Assembly: GCA_964019335.1 (NCBI GenBank)
Contig: OZ025729.1
Location: 62,001-126,000 of the forward strand
Direction: 5' to 3'
Source: Diplonema japonicum
Taxonomy: Eukaryota > Protista > Euglenozoa: Diplonemea
Length of the DNA: 64,000 nt
Shown here: positions 23,424-35,763 of the stretch, one piece after another
Layout: every line of letters starts with the position of its first letter
Position numbering within the stretch: position 1 is the stretch's first letter
Notes under the pieces: model-generated
Told to the model about the DNA's origin: nothing
The model's input: the letters and a program-made list of their open reading frames with translations, nothing else
The model's database searches: none
Program-made: the position numbers and the translations under genes

Positions 23424-23600
23424 ACAAATTGTTGTTGCCCGTTCCAAGATCCACGATCACGACGTGGATATTAAAAGGAAAAGGAACACTCGATCCATCG
23501 CATCTAACTCTTACTTCCCCCTCTCTTCTCCTCTCTTGCTTTTTTTTTCCTCCCCCCCCGCCCTCATTATTATCCTTATGCCCCTTAGGTTCTACGTACT

Positions 23601-26600
23601 ATGGTGCTCCTAGCAGTGCTCTTCCTCCTCCTCTGTGTGCATTCCGTGATGTCGTTCCCCACGAGTTACCAAGGTACCCCTACAACGGCTGACCACACGA
23701 GCTGCTTTGACAACCAAGGCTGGTGCAAGTGCTCAGCAGGCAAGATGATGACAGGGCTCAACAGAGGTAGTTGCAGCGAACTTTACTGCATTGAGAAATT
23801 CCACTGTGCCAAGCCCGCCGGTAGCACGGGCAAAGGGAACTGTGTGGAAGTCAATGTTGACAGTGCACTCAACAACCCAAACGGGAAAGGTGTCTGCCCG
23901 GCAGGCAAGCTACTCAACGGCATCTACAGAGCCTCCTGCGATAGCCTCGCGTGCATCGATAGGATCGAGTGCTGCACGTTCCAACGCTCTGGCGGCTACA
24001 ACTATGGTAACGACAAGAACGCCAACTGGGTCACCTGCTTCGACAACTCTGGGTGGTGCGATGTCCCTACCAACACGTACATGGCGGGGCTGCGCAGGGG
24101 GAGCGGCTCCACCATCAATGCACTCGATTATGCGATTTACAGAAAACTCTTCGTCCCCGACACACCTGCTCCTGATACACCAGCTCCTGCAACACCTTCT
24201 CCTAATACGCCATCTCCTGCAACACCAGCTCCTGCCACATCAGCCCCGGCAACAGTGTCACCAGCAACCCAAGCACCTGATACACAGGCACCAAGCACGT
24301 CAGCACCCAGTACCTCAGCCCCTGCGACAGACGCACCAAGTACTCCTGCTCCTTCTACATCAGCTCCTGCAACACCATCCCCTGCAACACCTGCACCGGC
24401 AACGTCAGCCCCTGCAACACCAGCTCCAGCTACACCTGCACCCAATACACCATCCCCTGCTACACCTGCACCAGCTACACTATCCCCTGCAACAGACGCA
24501 CCCGCAACACCAGCTCCTGCGACACCATCCCCTGCAACAGCGTCACCAGCAACCCAAGCACCTGATACACAGGCACCAAGCACCCCTGCCCCTGACACAC
24601 AACCGCCAAGCACCTCAGTGCCGAGCACCTCAGCCCCTGCAACGGCGGCACCAGCAACACCGAGCCCTGACACCTTGGTTCCTGGGGACACAGGGGCACC
24701 AGCAACACCTGCACCCGACACGGCAACACCGACCACGGCACCCGACACCCAGGCGCCTCTCACGGTCGCACCTTCAACACCGGCCCCCGATACACAAGCA
24801 CCGTCGACTCCTGCTCCTGCAACGGTGGCCCCCGACACTCCAGCTCCTGCAACCTCTGCCCCGGCGACAACCGCACCAGCGACAACCACACCGGCTACCC
24901 TCACCCCGGGCACAACCGCGGCACCTCCGACGGGATCACCTCCGACCGCTGTTCCAACAACAGCACCTGACACGGCAGCTCCTGCGACCCCTGCCCCTGC
25001 AACCTTGGCACCCGACACCCTCTCACCTGTGACCCCCTCCCCCCTCACAACGGCACCTTCAACCCTTTCCCCGGCCACAACACCACCTCTTACTCAGGCA
25101 CCCTTGACCCCCTCTCCCCTCACATTAGCCCCGACCACAACCTCACCTGCAACCCAGGCACCTTCCACCTCTTCTCCTCCCACACTGACTCCTTCAACCT
25201 TCACCTTCGCCCCTCCTCCAACCGGAGTACCTCCGACCTTCGCCCCTCCTCCAACTTTCGCCCCGGCTCTTCCTGCGACCTCTCCTCCCACCTTCGCCCC
25301 TCCTCTCACTTTGGCCCCACCCACCACTCCAGCACCCGACACCCTCGCCCCGGCTCCTCCAACACTCTCCCCACCCACCTCTGTCCCGACCACGACCACA
25401 GCTCCTTCAACTCCAGCACCGGACACGCAAGCACCCGGGACACTGGCACCCACCGGGACAGCAACGTTTTCCCCCGCCACGAACCTCCCGGGACCACCAG
25501 CAGGGACCTCGGAACCCGAGACAGCTGTTCGGGAGACGGCGGCACCAACCACGGCACCCAGGACCCCTGCCCCCGAGTTCGACAAGAAGGAGACGATCTC
25601 GACGATAGGCGGGGTGACCGCTGGGGCGGCCTCTCTGGGGGCGGCGGGGAGTGCGGCGGCGGCGACGCGGCTGGTGCTGATCGCGGATGCGTGTCCGAAG
25701 AACGGGGTGAAGCGAAAGTTCCCCTTCCCGCTGCACCCCACGGGGATCTCGGTGCAGGGGAGCGAGGCGGCTGGGGCTGTGATCGGGAACTTCTCCATCG
25801 TGATCGGCTTCACGCTTCTGATGGCGGTGGCCCTCCTCATCTTCCAGAAGGCGGGGAAGCTGTGCCTCCCGGCCCTGTTCGAGGGGCTGGACACTCAGGG
25901 GTGGCTCCGCTTTCCCTCTGTCTCCCTGTTCATCTTCCAGTGGCTGTACCAGGGGACCACCCTTGGATCGATGATCCTTCTCATATACCCCTCTGATGCT
26001 GGGGAGGTGATTTTGGGGGTCGTCTCCCTGATCCTGTGCGTGGGGGTCCCGCTCCTGGTCTTCCGGGTGGTGTCGCGGGATGTGGGGAAGAAGGCAGTGT
26101 ACAGCATCGACACGGTGAAGAAGGGGAGGCTGTACGTGGCGCTGTGCGGGCCTGGGGAGTGGGTGTCTGTGGGGTCGGACGTGCACTGGGTGAACAGGTT
26201 CGCGTCTGTGATGAGGTCGTACACGCAGCGGGCGGCCTGGTTCACTGTGATCGAGTTCGCAGGGTCGTTCAGCTTGGCGGCCTTGGGGACCCTGAACACG
26301 GAGTCGTGGGTTGGGTGCGGACACGTGAAGGTTGCGATGTGCATGGTGTTTGCCACGATGGCGGGGCTGGAGGGGGCCCTGTGGCCGCATGCTCGGGCGA
26401 AGGACAACATCGCAGACTTCGTTCTTCTCGGGATGCAGGGGGCCGCCTTGCTCCTCATGGCGGGTGGCTTCTACAAGGAGAAGGACATCGGGGACGACCA
26501 GCTCCACGACATCGCAGGGCTGCTCTTCCTCGTCTCGGGGGTCTTCCTCCTTGTGAAGGCTGTCACCGACCTCCTCACAGAGGCTTTTGTCGTCCTCACG

Positions 26601-26888
26601 GGGCGCCGCAGGAGGCTTCAGGCGGATGCATGGGTGAAGGCAATGGAGGCCAGCGGTGACTTCCGTGCAGGAAGAGAGCTTGAAACGTCAATGCTGGAAA
26701 AAGTCGAATCGCAGGCACCCTTGGCACCTTCTGCTGGGACAGGGACTGCAACAGGGACTCTGAGGTCTGCTTCTTTCTCGTATCTGACAAGTGTGTCCAC
26801 TGGGTCTGGGAGCTTGAGCAATATCAAAAGACATCAAAGCGCAGCAAGGAGGGAGCTTTTGATGAAGAGGAACACGGTTGAGATCTAA
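23601..26888 (+). CDS. Receptor family member R3 (most divergent head, shared stalk and TM module, unique tail)
   Basis: Clear signal peptide MVLLAVLFLLLCVHSVMS and the same Cys spacing in the head. Near-identical to R1/R2 from the distal stalk to QADAW (offset 16379 from R1). Confidence 0.87.
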   Translation: MVLLAVLFLLLCVHSVMSFPTSYQGTPTTADHTSCFDNQGWCKCSAGKMMTGLNRGSCSELYCIEKFHCAKPAGSTGKGNCVEVNVDSALNNPNGKGVCPAGKLLNGIYRASCDSLACIDRIECCTFQRSGGYNYGNDKNANWVTCFDNSGWCDVPTNTYMAGLRRGSGSTINALDYAIYRKLFVPDTPAPDTPAPATPSPNTPSPATPAPATSAPATVSPATQAPDTQAPSTSAPSTSAPATDAPSTPAPSTSAPATPSPATPAPATSAPATPAPATPAPNTPSPATPAPATLSPATDAPATPAPATPSPATASPATQAPDTQAPSTPAPDTQPPSTSVPSTSAPATAAPATPSPDTLVPGDTGAPATPAPDTATPTTAPDTQAPLTVAPSTPAPDTQAPSTPAPATVAPDTPAPATSAPATTAPATTTPATLTPGTTAAPPTGSPPTAVPTTAPDTAAPATPAPATLAPDTLSPVTPSPLTTAPSTLSPATTPPLTQAPLTPSPLTLAPTTTSPATQAPSTSSPPTLTPSTFTFAPPPTGVPPTFAPPPTFAPALPATSPPTFAPPLTLAPPTTPAPDTLAPAPPTLSPPTSVPTTTTAPSTPAPDTQAPGTLAPTGTATFSPATNLPGPPAGTSEPETAVRETAAPTTAPRTPAPEFDKKETISTIGGVTAGAASLGAAGSAAAATRLVLIADACPKNGVKRKFPFPLHPTGISVQGSEAAGAVIGNFSIVIGFTLLMAVALLIFQKAGKLCLPALFEGLDTQGWLRFPSVSLFIFQWLYQGTTLGSMILLIYPSDAGEVILGVVSLILCVGVPLLVFRVVSRDVGKKAVYSIDTVKKGRLYVALCGPGEWVSVGSDVHWVNRFASVMRSYTQRAAWFTVIEFAGSFSLAALGTLNTESWVGCGHVKVAMCMVFATMAGLEGALWPHARAKDNIADFVLLGMQGAALLLMAGGFYKEKDIGDDQLHDIAGLLFLVSGVFLLVKAVTDLLTEAFVVLTGRRRRLQADAWVKAMEASGDFRAGRELETSMLEKVESQAPLAPSAGTGTATGTLRSASFSYLTSVSTGSGSLSNIKRHQSAARRELLMKRNTVEI

Positions 26889-27458
26889 GCGGGCCCTTCC
26901 TAGCATTCATTAGCTTCCTCCGCATCTTCAATTCTCTTTCGACAAATATTACTTCACCCTTGGATGTGCATGTGACAATTACTTGTACTTTTTTTTTAAA
27001 TATTTTTTTTTTTATATACTTATCTTTACACCCCATGATAAAAAAGAATAAAACAAAGAAAAAGGGAACAATCTTCTTGCTTTTTTCTTCTTCTCTCCCC
27101 CCCCTCTTTTATTCTTTCGTCTCAGCTAACTTTCCCTTCTTTTTGTTTAAGATGGTGGAAAACCGTTCGGTGTCAATTTTTCTTTTTTAAAAAAGAAGAA
27201 AAAAAAAAGAAAAAAGGGAAAATATCTTTTGAACTACTTAACAAAATGGCCACTTATTCGGTGGGGGATGTCCCCCAAAAAGGTGGATATCATGTGCCTT
27301 TTCAACCTGATGCACAACGCCAATCCCTGAATATTCATCAAATTGCAATATTTTTAGAGTCACTTGCTCCTGGCACGACGAATAATGTTGGTTAAATGGT
27401 CTTATCTAGTATTTGTCAAGAATCTTACCTGAAACATGACAAAAACATATACTGTTAA

Positions 27459-27495
<37 letters not shown>

Positions 27496-27684
27496 CTATG
27501 GATTTATAACCCGGTTTTAAAAAAAGAAAAAAAAAAAAAAAAAAGAATGGAAAAACAAGAAAAGAACAGGGAAAAAAAGAAAAAAAAAAAGAAAAAAAAA
27601 AATGAATGCAGTGCTAGCTTGTTCATGGGGTGAATTTTTTCTTCTTTTTCTTCTTCCCTTTTTTTTTTTTGTCGTTTCCCTGGG

Positions 27685-27718
<34 letters not shown>

Positions 27719-27725
27719 CTATTTA

Positions 27726-28355
27726 TTAAATAAAAATCAGATTACCTGATTTTTACGAGGAATTCTTTTTTTTTTTCACGAGTAGTTGAATTTCACTCGC
27801 TTCGCTCGTGAAATTCAAAAAAACGAGTGAAAAAAAAAAAAATTCCTCGTATGATATTTTATTTAATTTGTAAAGTTAAATGAGGAAATTTCGGACACTG
27901 TGAGCCCTTTATGTTCACCTCTTCGAAATGTTCACACTGATGTCAAAAACTAAGCCTGATTGCCTGAGAAGACGATGTCAAATTGACAGAATTCTGTAGG
28001 TTTTGTGTAATTTGTGTCGGCACTTGATCATCGCTCTTCAGAAACTGCTGGTTTTGTGTGGGGGCTTGATCAGGTCTGACTTCCAGCCAAAACAGCAGGT
28101 TCCTTCATCAACAAGGTATTGTGCAAAAGAACGCCTGTATGCATGGCCAGTGTAATTTTCGGCATTTGCCAGCCTCAGGTGTGATGCTTGGTGGCCCGGA
28201 AACGTGGTAAAGTGTGTTTATGCCTCTTTTGCCTCGGATGCCTGACTGTTTTTTTGCCTCAGATACCTGACTGTGGTTTGGGTTGGTTGTATTTCGTCTC
28301 ATATTTTGCGAGGCGATTAATGTATGTGTCGAGCGACGTTTGTAAAAGCGTGGGG

Positions 28356-28402
<47 letters not shown>

Positions 28403-28785
28403 TAAAAGCGCAACATGCCGTAGCTCAGTGGTTATGTCGTCGCACTCGTCTCCTGGAGACGCCAGATCAAATCCTGGACCCTGAACTTTTTTCGATAAAA
28501 TCGGGGTCAAAAAAAACGGTCCCTCGGTGCTTGAACCTGGCCGAGGATCCTGACCACTGACCTACGGCGGTGTCAGCGGCCACCAGATGCAAAAAATGAA
28601 AACGAATGCCGAAAAAGCCCGAAAATTGCTCAGAGTAAAAATCAGATTTTACTTTATTTTTACGGCACTTTTTTTTTAAGCCAAATTACTTTATTCTTCA
28701 CTTTATTTTTACTCGTGAACGATAAAGTGATTTTCTGATTTTTATGGCTCTTTAGGAATTTCCTCATGTAACTTTACAGAATTAA
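27726..28785. mobile_element. Non-autonomous foldback/TIR element with TTAA-bounded ends and two convergent tRNA-like cassettes
   Basis: TTAATTTGTAAAGTTAAATGAGGAAATT (27863) pairs with AATTTCCTCATGTAACTTTACAGAATTAA (ends 28785). The adjoining 140 bp (27726-27866) is an imperfect palindrome around CTCGCTTCGCTC. Confidence 0.6.
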
Positions 28786-30159
28786 ATTAAAAAAAAAAAA
28801 AAAATAGCAGGAAATTGCAAAAAAAAAAAAAAAAAAGAAGAGAAAAAAAAAAAAAATGAAAAGAGAAGAAAAGAAAAAGAAGGGGTATCAAAGATACCCT
28901 GTAAGCCCTTGAACCATTTGTTTTGATTTAGTTTTTTTGTTGCATACAAAAGAGAGCGTTAAAAATGCTTCTGTCCTCTCTCTCAATCGTTCTAATTCAG
29001 ACCGTCCAAGCATTCTTCAGCACAGAAGGGAAGTTACATACGGCGGCGTAGAAAATCCTTTCCTTTTTTTTTTTTTTATCCAACCTCCCTTTACACCTTC
29101 TCGATTTGTGTGGTGGCACCGCAGTCGCAGAAAAAAAAAAGAAAAAAAAAAAAGAAAATGATAGGCGAGTTAGCAATAGTTACAAACCTTTTTTCTCCCT
29201 CTTTTTTTTCCTTCTCCCCCCTTCCCCCCCCTCTTTTTTTTTTAAACCTTTTTTTTTTTTTTTGAAGGAGGGAATTCTCTTTGTTACCAGCGCTCGTGCG
29301 CACAACACTTTCTTTCGGTTCCGATATCAAGAGTGGCGACTCTTTCCCCCCCCCCCCCCCCCCCTCTTCTTTTCTGTGTTTCTCCTATCTTCCTCTGCCG
29401 GCTCGTAGTAGAACCAATTTAGCAAGAAGTCTTCGCGGTTTAAGGGAAAAATTGCCTCCTAGTAGTACAAGGTTTTTCCCTCTTTTTTTTTTTTTCTCTT
29501 CTCACTCTTTCCAAGCTTGCTTCTTCTAGCAGCTTTTTATAGCTGTTTATTTCGTGAGTCGTTTTATTTCACTCACTTCGTCATTTGAGTCACTTGTTTT
29601 TTTTTTTCCCCACACAGGTCAGCTTTTCTTGGGTGATTTCCCTAAGGTAATATGGGGTGGCTATTTCGCAGTGTCATTTTAAGGGGGAAGTAAAGCACTT
29701 ATTCCCACTTTTAAGTCGAAATACCCCCACCCTAAAAAGTTTCTCAAGGGGGTTGGGTACATTTTTTCCCCACGACAAGACCCAATTTTTTCACACTAAA
29801 GCCCATAATTTAAATTATGAGGCCAGCGAAGTGAAGAAAATGACGAAGAGTGAAATAAAGAATGGAAATGGTCTGAAGAAAAAAAAAAAAAGAAAAAAAA
29901 AAGAAAATCTAGTTTTCCTTTTCTTCTGTTCATCGTGGGGATAAGCTTGTCTCTCTCTTTGCTTCCCCCCCCCCCCCCCCCCCCCTCCCCACGCACTTGT
30001 CCCACCATTATATTTTAAGTCTTATTACAGCACCTATTGCCGCCCCTTGGAGGTGGATAATTCGCAAAGTTTACCGCTATTTTTATTATATTTTTTTTCT
30101 TGTTTCTTTTTTATTCTTTCTCTCTTTTTAAAGCACTGCGCACTATCTAGGTTTAAAAC

Positions 30160-33100
30160 ATGCGGGAATGCTGCCACTACTTCATAATCCTCCTCAGCAG
30201 TGTGCACCTTGCGACTTCGCTGCCCACAACGTACCAGGAGGCCCCTGTAGTGGTGGACCACACGAACTGCTTCAACAGTGCAGGATGGTGTAAGTGCTCA
30301 GCAGGCAAGATGATGACTGGTATGCAGAAGAGTAGCTGCGAGGACCTTTACTGCTTGGAAGGGTACCACTGTGCAAGGCCCGCCGGCAGCACAGGTGTCG
30401 GGAGCTGTGTCAGTGTCAGCGTGGATGCTCCTCTCAACAGTGGGAACAACAAAGCTGCCTGCCCGGCTGGCAAGATGCTCAACGGCATCTACAGAGCCGC
30501 CTGCGAGGCCCTCTCTTGCATCGACCAGTTCGAGTGCTGTGAGTTCACCCACCCTGACGGTGTGTACAGCTATGGGGCCGACCAGACAGTGGACTGGATC
30601 ACCTGCTTCGACGGCACGCATGTGTGGTGCGACGTCCCCACCAGCACTTACATGGCAGGCTTTCACCGTCGCGACAGCTCCAATAACCTTAGGGCCATCG
30701 ACTACGGAGAATACAGGCAACTCACCTTCACTCCCAACCCCACACCTGCTCCTGCAACACCTGCACCAGCAACGCCGGCTCCTGCAACACCTGCTCCTGC
30801 TACAACAGCTCCAGCAACATCCGCACCAGCAACTCCAGCCCCAGCTACAACTGCTCCTGCAACGTCAGCACCCGCAACACCGGCCCCTGCAACTCCAGCT
30901 CCTGCAACACCGGCCCCTGCTACAACAGCACCTGCCACACCTGCACCAGCAACACCCGCACCAGCAACTCCAGCCCCAGCTACAACTGCTCCTGCAACAT
31001 CAGCCCCTGCTACAACAGCTCCTGCAACACCAGCCCCGGCTACAACTGCTCCTGCAACACCTGCACCAGCAACTCCAGCCCCTGCTACAACAGCTCCTGC
31101 AACACCTGCACCAGCAACTCCAGCCCCGGCTACAACTGCCCCTGCTACAACAGCTCCTGCAACACCAGCCCCGGCTACAACTGCTCCTGCAACACCTGCA
31201 CCAGCAACTCCAGCCCCGGCTACAACTGCCCCTGCTACAACAGCTCCTGCAACGTCAGCTCCTGCAACTCCAGCCCCTGCTACACCTGCCCCTGCAACAC
31301 CATCCCCTGCGACACCTGCTCCTGCTACACCAGCCCCTACAACACCAGCTCCAGCTACATCTGCACCAGCAACGTCAGCCCCCGCCACACCAGCCCCTGC
31401 AACACTATCCCCTGCAACAGACGCACCCGCAACACCAGCTCCTGCGACACCATCCCCTGCAACAGCGTCACCAGCAACCCAAGCACCTGATACACAGGCA
31501 CCAAGCACCCCTGCCCCTGACACACAACCGCCAAGCACCTCAGTGCCGAGCACCTCAGCCCCTGCAACGGCGGCACCAGCAACACCGAGCCCTGACACCT
31601 TGGTTCCTGGGGACACAGGGGCACCAGCAACACCTGCACCCGACACGGCAACACCGACCACGGCACCCGACACCCAGGCGCCTCTCACGGTCGCACCTTC
31701 AACACCGGCCCCCGATACACAAGCACCGTCGACTCCTGCTCCTGCAACGGTGGCCCCCGACACTCCAGCTCCTGCAACCTCTGCCCCGGCGACAACCGCA
31801 CCAGCGACAACCACACCGGCTACCCTCACCCCGGGCACAACCGCGGCACCTCCGACGGGATCACCTCCGACCGCTGTTCCAACAACAGCACCTGACACGG
31901 CAGCTCCTGCGACCCCTGCCCCTGCAACCTTGGCACCCGACACCCTCTCACCTGTGACCCCCTCCCCCCTCACAACGGCACCTTCAACCCTTTCCCCGGC
32001 CACAACACCACCTCTTACTCAGGCACCCTTGACCCCCTCTCCCCTCACATTAGCCCCGACCACAACCTCACCTGCAACCCAGGCACCTTCCACCTCTTCT
32101 CCTCCCACACTGACTCCTTCAACCTTCACCTTCGCCCCTCCTCCAACCGGAGTACCTCCGACCTTCGCCCCTCCTCCAACTTTCGCCCCGGCTCTTCCTG
32201 CGACCTCTCCTCCCACCTTCGCCCCTCCTCTCACTTTGGCCCCACCCACCACTCCAGCACCCGACACCCTCGCCCCGGCTCCTCCAACACTCTCCCCACC
32301 CACCTCTGTCCCGACCACGACCACAGCTCCTTCAACTCCAGCACCGGACACGCAAGCACCCGGGACACTGGCACCCACCGGGACAGCAACGTTTTCCCCC
32401 GCCACGAACCTCCCGGGACCACCAGCAGGGACCTCGGAACCCGAGACAGCTGTTCGGGAGACGGCGGCACCAACCACGGCACCCAGGACCCCTGCCCCCG
32501 AGTTCGACAAGAAGGAGACGATCTCGACGATAGGCGGGGTGACCGCTGGGGCGGCCTCTCTGGGGGCGGCGGGGAGTGCGGCGGCGGCGACGCGGCTGGT
32601 GCTGATCGCGGATGCGTGTCCGAAGAACGGGGTGAAGCGAAAGTTCCCCTTCCCGCTGCACCCCACGGGGATCTCGGTGCAGGGGAGCGAGGCGGCTGGG
32701 GCTGTGATCGGGAACTTCTCCATCGTGATCGGCTTCACGCTTCTGATGGCGGTGGCCCTCCTCATCTTCCAGAAGGCGGGGAAGCTGTGCCTCCCGGCCC
32801 TGTTCGAGGGGCTGGACACTCAGGGGTGGCTCCGCTTTCCCTCTGTCTCCCTGTTCATCTTCCAGTGGCTGTACCAGGGGACCACCCTTGGATCGATGAT
32901 CCTTCTCATATACCCCTCTGATGCTGGGGAGGTGATTTTGGGGGTCGTCTCCCTGATCCTGTGCGTGGGGGTCCCGCTCCTGGTCTTCCGGGTGGTGTCG
33001 CGGGATGTGGGGAAGAAGGCAGTGTACAGCATCGACACGGTGAAGAAGGGGAGGCTGTACGTGGCGCTGTGCGGGCCTGGGGAGTGGGTGTCTGTGGGGT

Positions 33101-33834
33101 CGGACGTGCACTGGGTGAACAGGTTCGCGTCTGTGATGAGGTCGTACACGCAGCGGGCGGCCTGGTTCACTGTGATCGAGTTCGCAGGGTCGTTCAGCTT
33201 GGCGGCCTTGGGGACCCTGAACACGGAGTCGTGGGTTGGGTGCGGACACGTGAAGGTTGCGATGTGCATGGTGTTTGCCACGATGGTTGGGCTGGAGGGG
33301 GCCCTGTGGCCGCATGCTCGGGCGAAGGACAACATCGCAGACTTCGTTCTTCTCGGGATGCAGGGGGCCGCCTTGCTCCTCATGGCGGGTGGCTTCTACA
33401 AGGAGAAGGACATCGGGGACGACCAGCTCCACGACATCGCAGGGCTGCTCTTCCTCGTCTCGGGGGTCTTCCTCCTTGTGAAGGCTGTCACCGACCTCCT
33501 CACAGAGGCTTTTGTCGTCCTCACGGGGCGCCGCAGGAGGCTTCAGGCGGATGCATGGGTGAAGGAACAAGAGAACTCACAATGTGGTTCTTTAGTACTA
33601 GCAGGGGACGCTGAACTCGAGCTCTCGATGCTTGGAGGGGAGAGGGAGAGAAGCTTCTCTCGGGGTACTTACATTTCCCCTGCAACTGGTCCAGCGAGTA
33701 ACACCGCCACGGGAACGAGTTTTTCATTTCCTACTACAAGTGCATCTACTGTGTCTTCTACTCACCTTAAGCAGCACCAGTCTGCTGCAAGAAGAGAATT
33801 GCTTTCAATTAAAAACAAGAAGGTTGAAGTCTAG
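30160..33834 (+). CDS. Receptor family member R4 (head / mucin stalk / about 7-TM / unique tail)
   Basis: The head is a patchwork of R1-identical and unique segments. Near-identical shared block to QADAW (offset 23304 from R1). The tail ends HQSAARRELLSIKNKKVEV. Confidence 0.85.
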   Translation: MRECCHYFIILLSSVHLATSLPTTYQEAPVVVDHTNCFNSAGWCKCSAGKMMTGMQKSSCEDLYCLEGYHCARPAGSTGVGSCVSVSVDAPLNSGNNKAACPAGKMLNGIYRAACEALSCIDQFECCEFTHPDGVYSYGADQTVDWITCFDGTHVWCDVPTSTYMAGFHRRDSSNNLRAIDYGEYRQLTFTPNPTPAPATPAPATPAPATPAPATTAPATSAPATPAPATTAPATSAPATPAPATPAPATPAPATTAPATPAPATPAPATPAPATTAPATSAPATTAPATPAPATTAPATPAPATPAPATTAPATPAPATPAPATTAPATTAPATPAPATTAPATPAPATPAPATTAPATTAPATSAPATPAPATPAPATPSPATPAPATPAPTTPAPATSAPATSAPATPAPATLSPATDAPATPAPATPSPATASPATQAPDTQAPSTPAPDTQPPSTSVPSTSAPATAAPATPSPDTLVPGDTGAPATPAPDTATPTTAPDTQAPLTVAPSTPAPDTQAPSTPAPATVAPDTPAPATSAPATTAPATTTPATLTPGTTAAPPTGSPPTAVPTTAPDTAAPATPAPATLAPDTLSPVTPSPLTTAPSTLSPATTPPLTQAPLTPSPLTLAPTTTSPATQAPSTSSPPTLTPSTFTFAPPPTGVPPTFAPPPTFAPALPATSPPTFAPPLTLAPPTTPAPDTLAPAPPTLSPPTSVPTTTTAPSTPAPDTQAPGTLAPTGTATFSPATNLPGPPAGTSEPETAVRETAAPTTAPRTPAPEFDKKETISTIGGVTAGAASLGAAGSAAAATRLVLIADACPKNGVKRKFPFPLHPTGISVQGSEAAGAVIGNFSIVIGFTLLMAVALLIFQKAGKLCLPALFEGLDTQGWLRFPSVSLFIFQWLYQGTTLGSMILLIYPSDAGEVILGVVSLILCVGVPLLVFRVVSRDVGKKAVYSIDTVKKGRLYVALCGPGEWVSVGSDVHWVNRFASVMRSYTQRAAWFTVIEFAGSFSLAALGTLNTESWVGCGHVKVAMCMVFATMVGLEGALWPHARAKDNIADFVLLGMQGAALLLMAGGFYKEKDIGDDQLHDIAGLLFLVSGVFLLVKAVTDLLTEAFVVLTGRRRRLQADAWVKEQENSQCGSLVLAGDAELELSMLGGERERSFSRGTYISPATGPASNTATGTSFSFPTTSASTVSSTHLKQHQSAARRELLSIKNKKVEV

Positions 33835-34779
33835 TTGTTTATTTCTTTGCGTTTGTTTCTCACTCATTATTCTTCACTCTTTTTTTTTTTGTTTTGTTTT
33901 TGTTTTTGTTTTTGTTTAGTCACCTCCGGAGTGGGGGGATGGACATTAAAAATGTTCTATTTGATATCGCGAAAAAAATAAAGTGAGTTCGATAGTAATG
34001 GTCGTTCTGCCTTCATGTCATAAGGCCTTCCCTCCACTCCTGCGAAAAGATGTAAGGTATAGACATACAAAGAGGAACAGGTAGAAGAAAAAAAGAGTAC
34101 GAAAGAAAAAAAGGAAACAAAGAAGCAAAGTATCCCTCTTAGCTGAAGGGTGTAGCCGTCCTCTGTTTTCTCTCTTGGTCATCGACTCCCTCTCCTCTCC
34201 CCCCTCCTCTTTTTTTTCATACACTAAAAAAAACTGTATCGTGGGTTACTGGGGTGAAGGTTGTGCTTTAATAAAGTACTTCATCCAAGTATTGTTGTGC
34301 CTATGTATGGGACAGCCCCTTCCCCACTTTTTTCTTTTTCTTTTTTTTGAAAGAACTTTTTTTTTTCCCCCCCACCCCCTTCCCCGGACTCTTCTCCTGA
34401 GGCATTTTCTATTTTTTTTTTTTCCCGTTCACGTGGTACTAAAGAAAAATAAGAAGAAAAAAAAAAGTAAACCCCGTTTCGTGATATTTTGTGTGGGTGG
34501 GTTGGGGGGGTGGGTGGGGCTTGGGAAATATGGGGGGAGGGAAAAAATAAAAATATGAAACAGCCTTTGAGGGGTTTTCTTTTTTTTCCATATTTTTAGT
34601 TCCCCCCCCTTCCCCTCCCCTCCCCTCCCCTCCACACTGAATGCTTGCGAACCATCGCCAACGTAAAAAAGACTCTAATCGTATACCCTGTTCTTTTTTT
34701 TTTTTTGGATCAGGGGAAAAGAAAAAAAAGTACCACGTTGAAATTCAAGGAAAAGAAAATAAGAGTAACTGGCCTCAAG

Positions 34780-34817
<38 letters not shown>

Positions 34818-34949
34818 ATCAAAAAGAAAAGAAGAAAAAAAATCGTCTTGGCATCCAACAAAGTAACCCTCTCAGCAGATCTGTAATTTCAGCGGCTAAA
34901 AGACGGGCCTCTGCAAAAATAAAGCCATCTCTGACGCAGTTGCAGCATT

Positions 34950-34998
<49 letters not shown>

Positions 34999-35710
34999 CC
35001 GCCTGCCTGTTCACATCCTTGTGCATCAATATATATTAATCAATATATGCCCCCCTCTTTTAAAAATCTTTTTACTTCCCGTAAAGTCTAAAGAGGGTGC
35101 AAACCCAACAATAGAGGACTACTTTCTCCTCGAGCCAAACCGCCCCCCCCCCCCCCCCCCTACCTTTATGCAAAGATGCCAACATAAAATGTTCTTGAAA
35201 GAAAAGTTCAACAAAGAAAAAAAAAAAAAAGATTCTCCAGCGGCTTCCAACCCCACCAATGTCTGTTTCAATCAATTCCACCTTTCGAGCCATAGGCATA
35301 TGTTTTTTTTTTTTTTAAATTCGTTAGACAGGCCGTTTTTTTTTTTTTTTTTCCTCTTTCTTTTTTTCTATTTTTCTTTTGATAACCCGGGAGGAAGGTC
35401 TGGGGGGCGGTTCTGTCCAGGGAGTAGGGGGCTCCTCACTGTGCATCATTGGCCGTTTTTTTGTGCAAGAACGAGTCTTTGACTTTGTATAAACAAAAGG
35501 AGAAGGGGTTTTTCAGGTTTTACCCGGCACAAACAACGACCAGTTCCTCTTTTTTGATGTCTAAAAGTCTTGGGTTCGATACCGACTCCTTTTTCTTTTT
35601 TGTTTTAACAAATATTATAGTCGAGGCTAAAAACTAGTTGAAGGCAGCGTAATGAGCTATTTTATTAGGTAACCGCCGCTCGTGCGCACAAACAAATGAA
35701 ATGCCAAGCT

Positions 35711-35760
<50 letters not shown>

Positions 35761-35763
35761 TTA

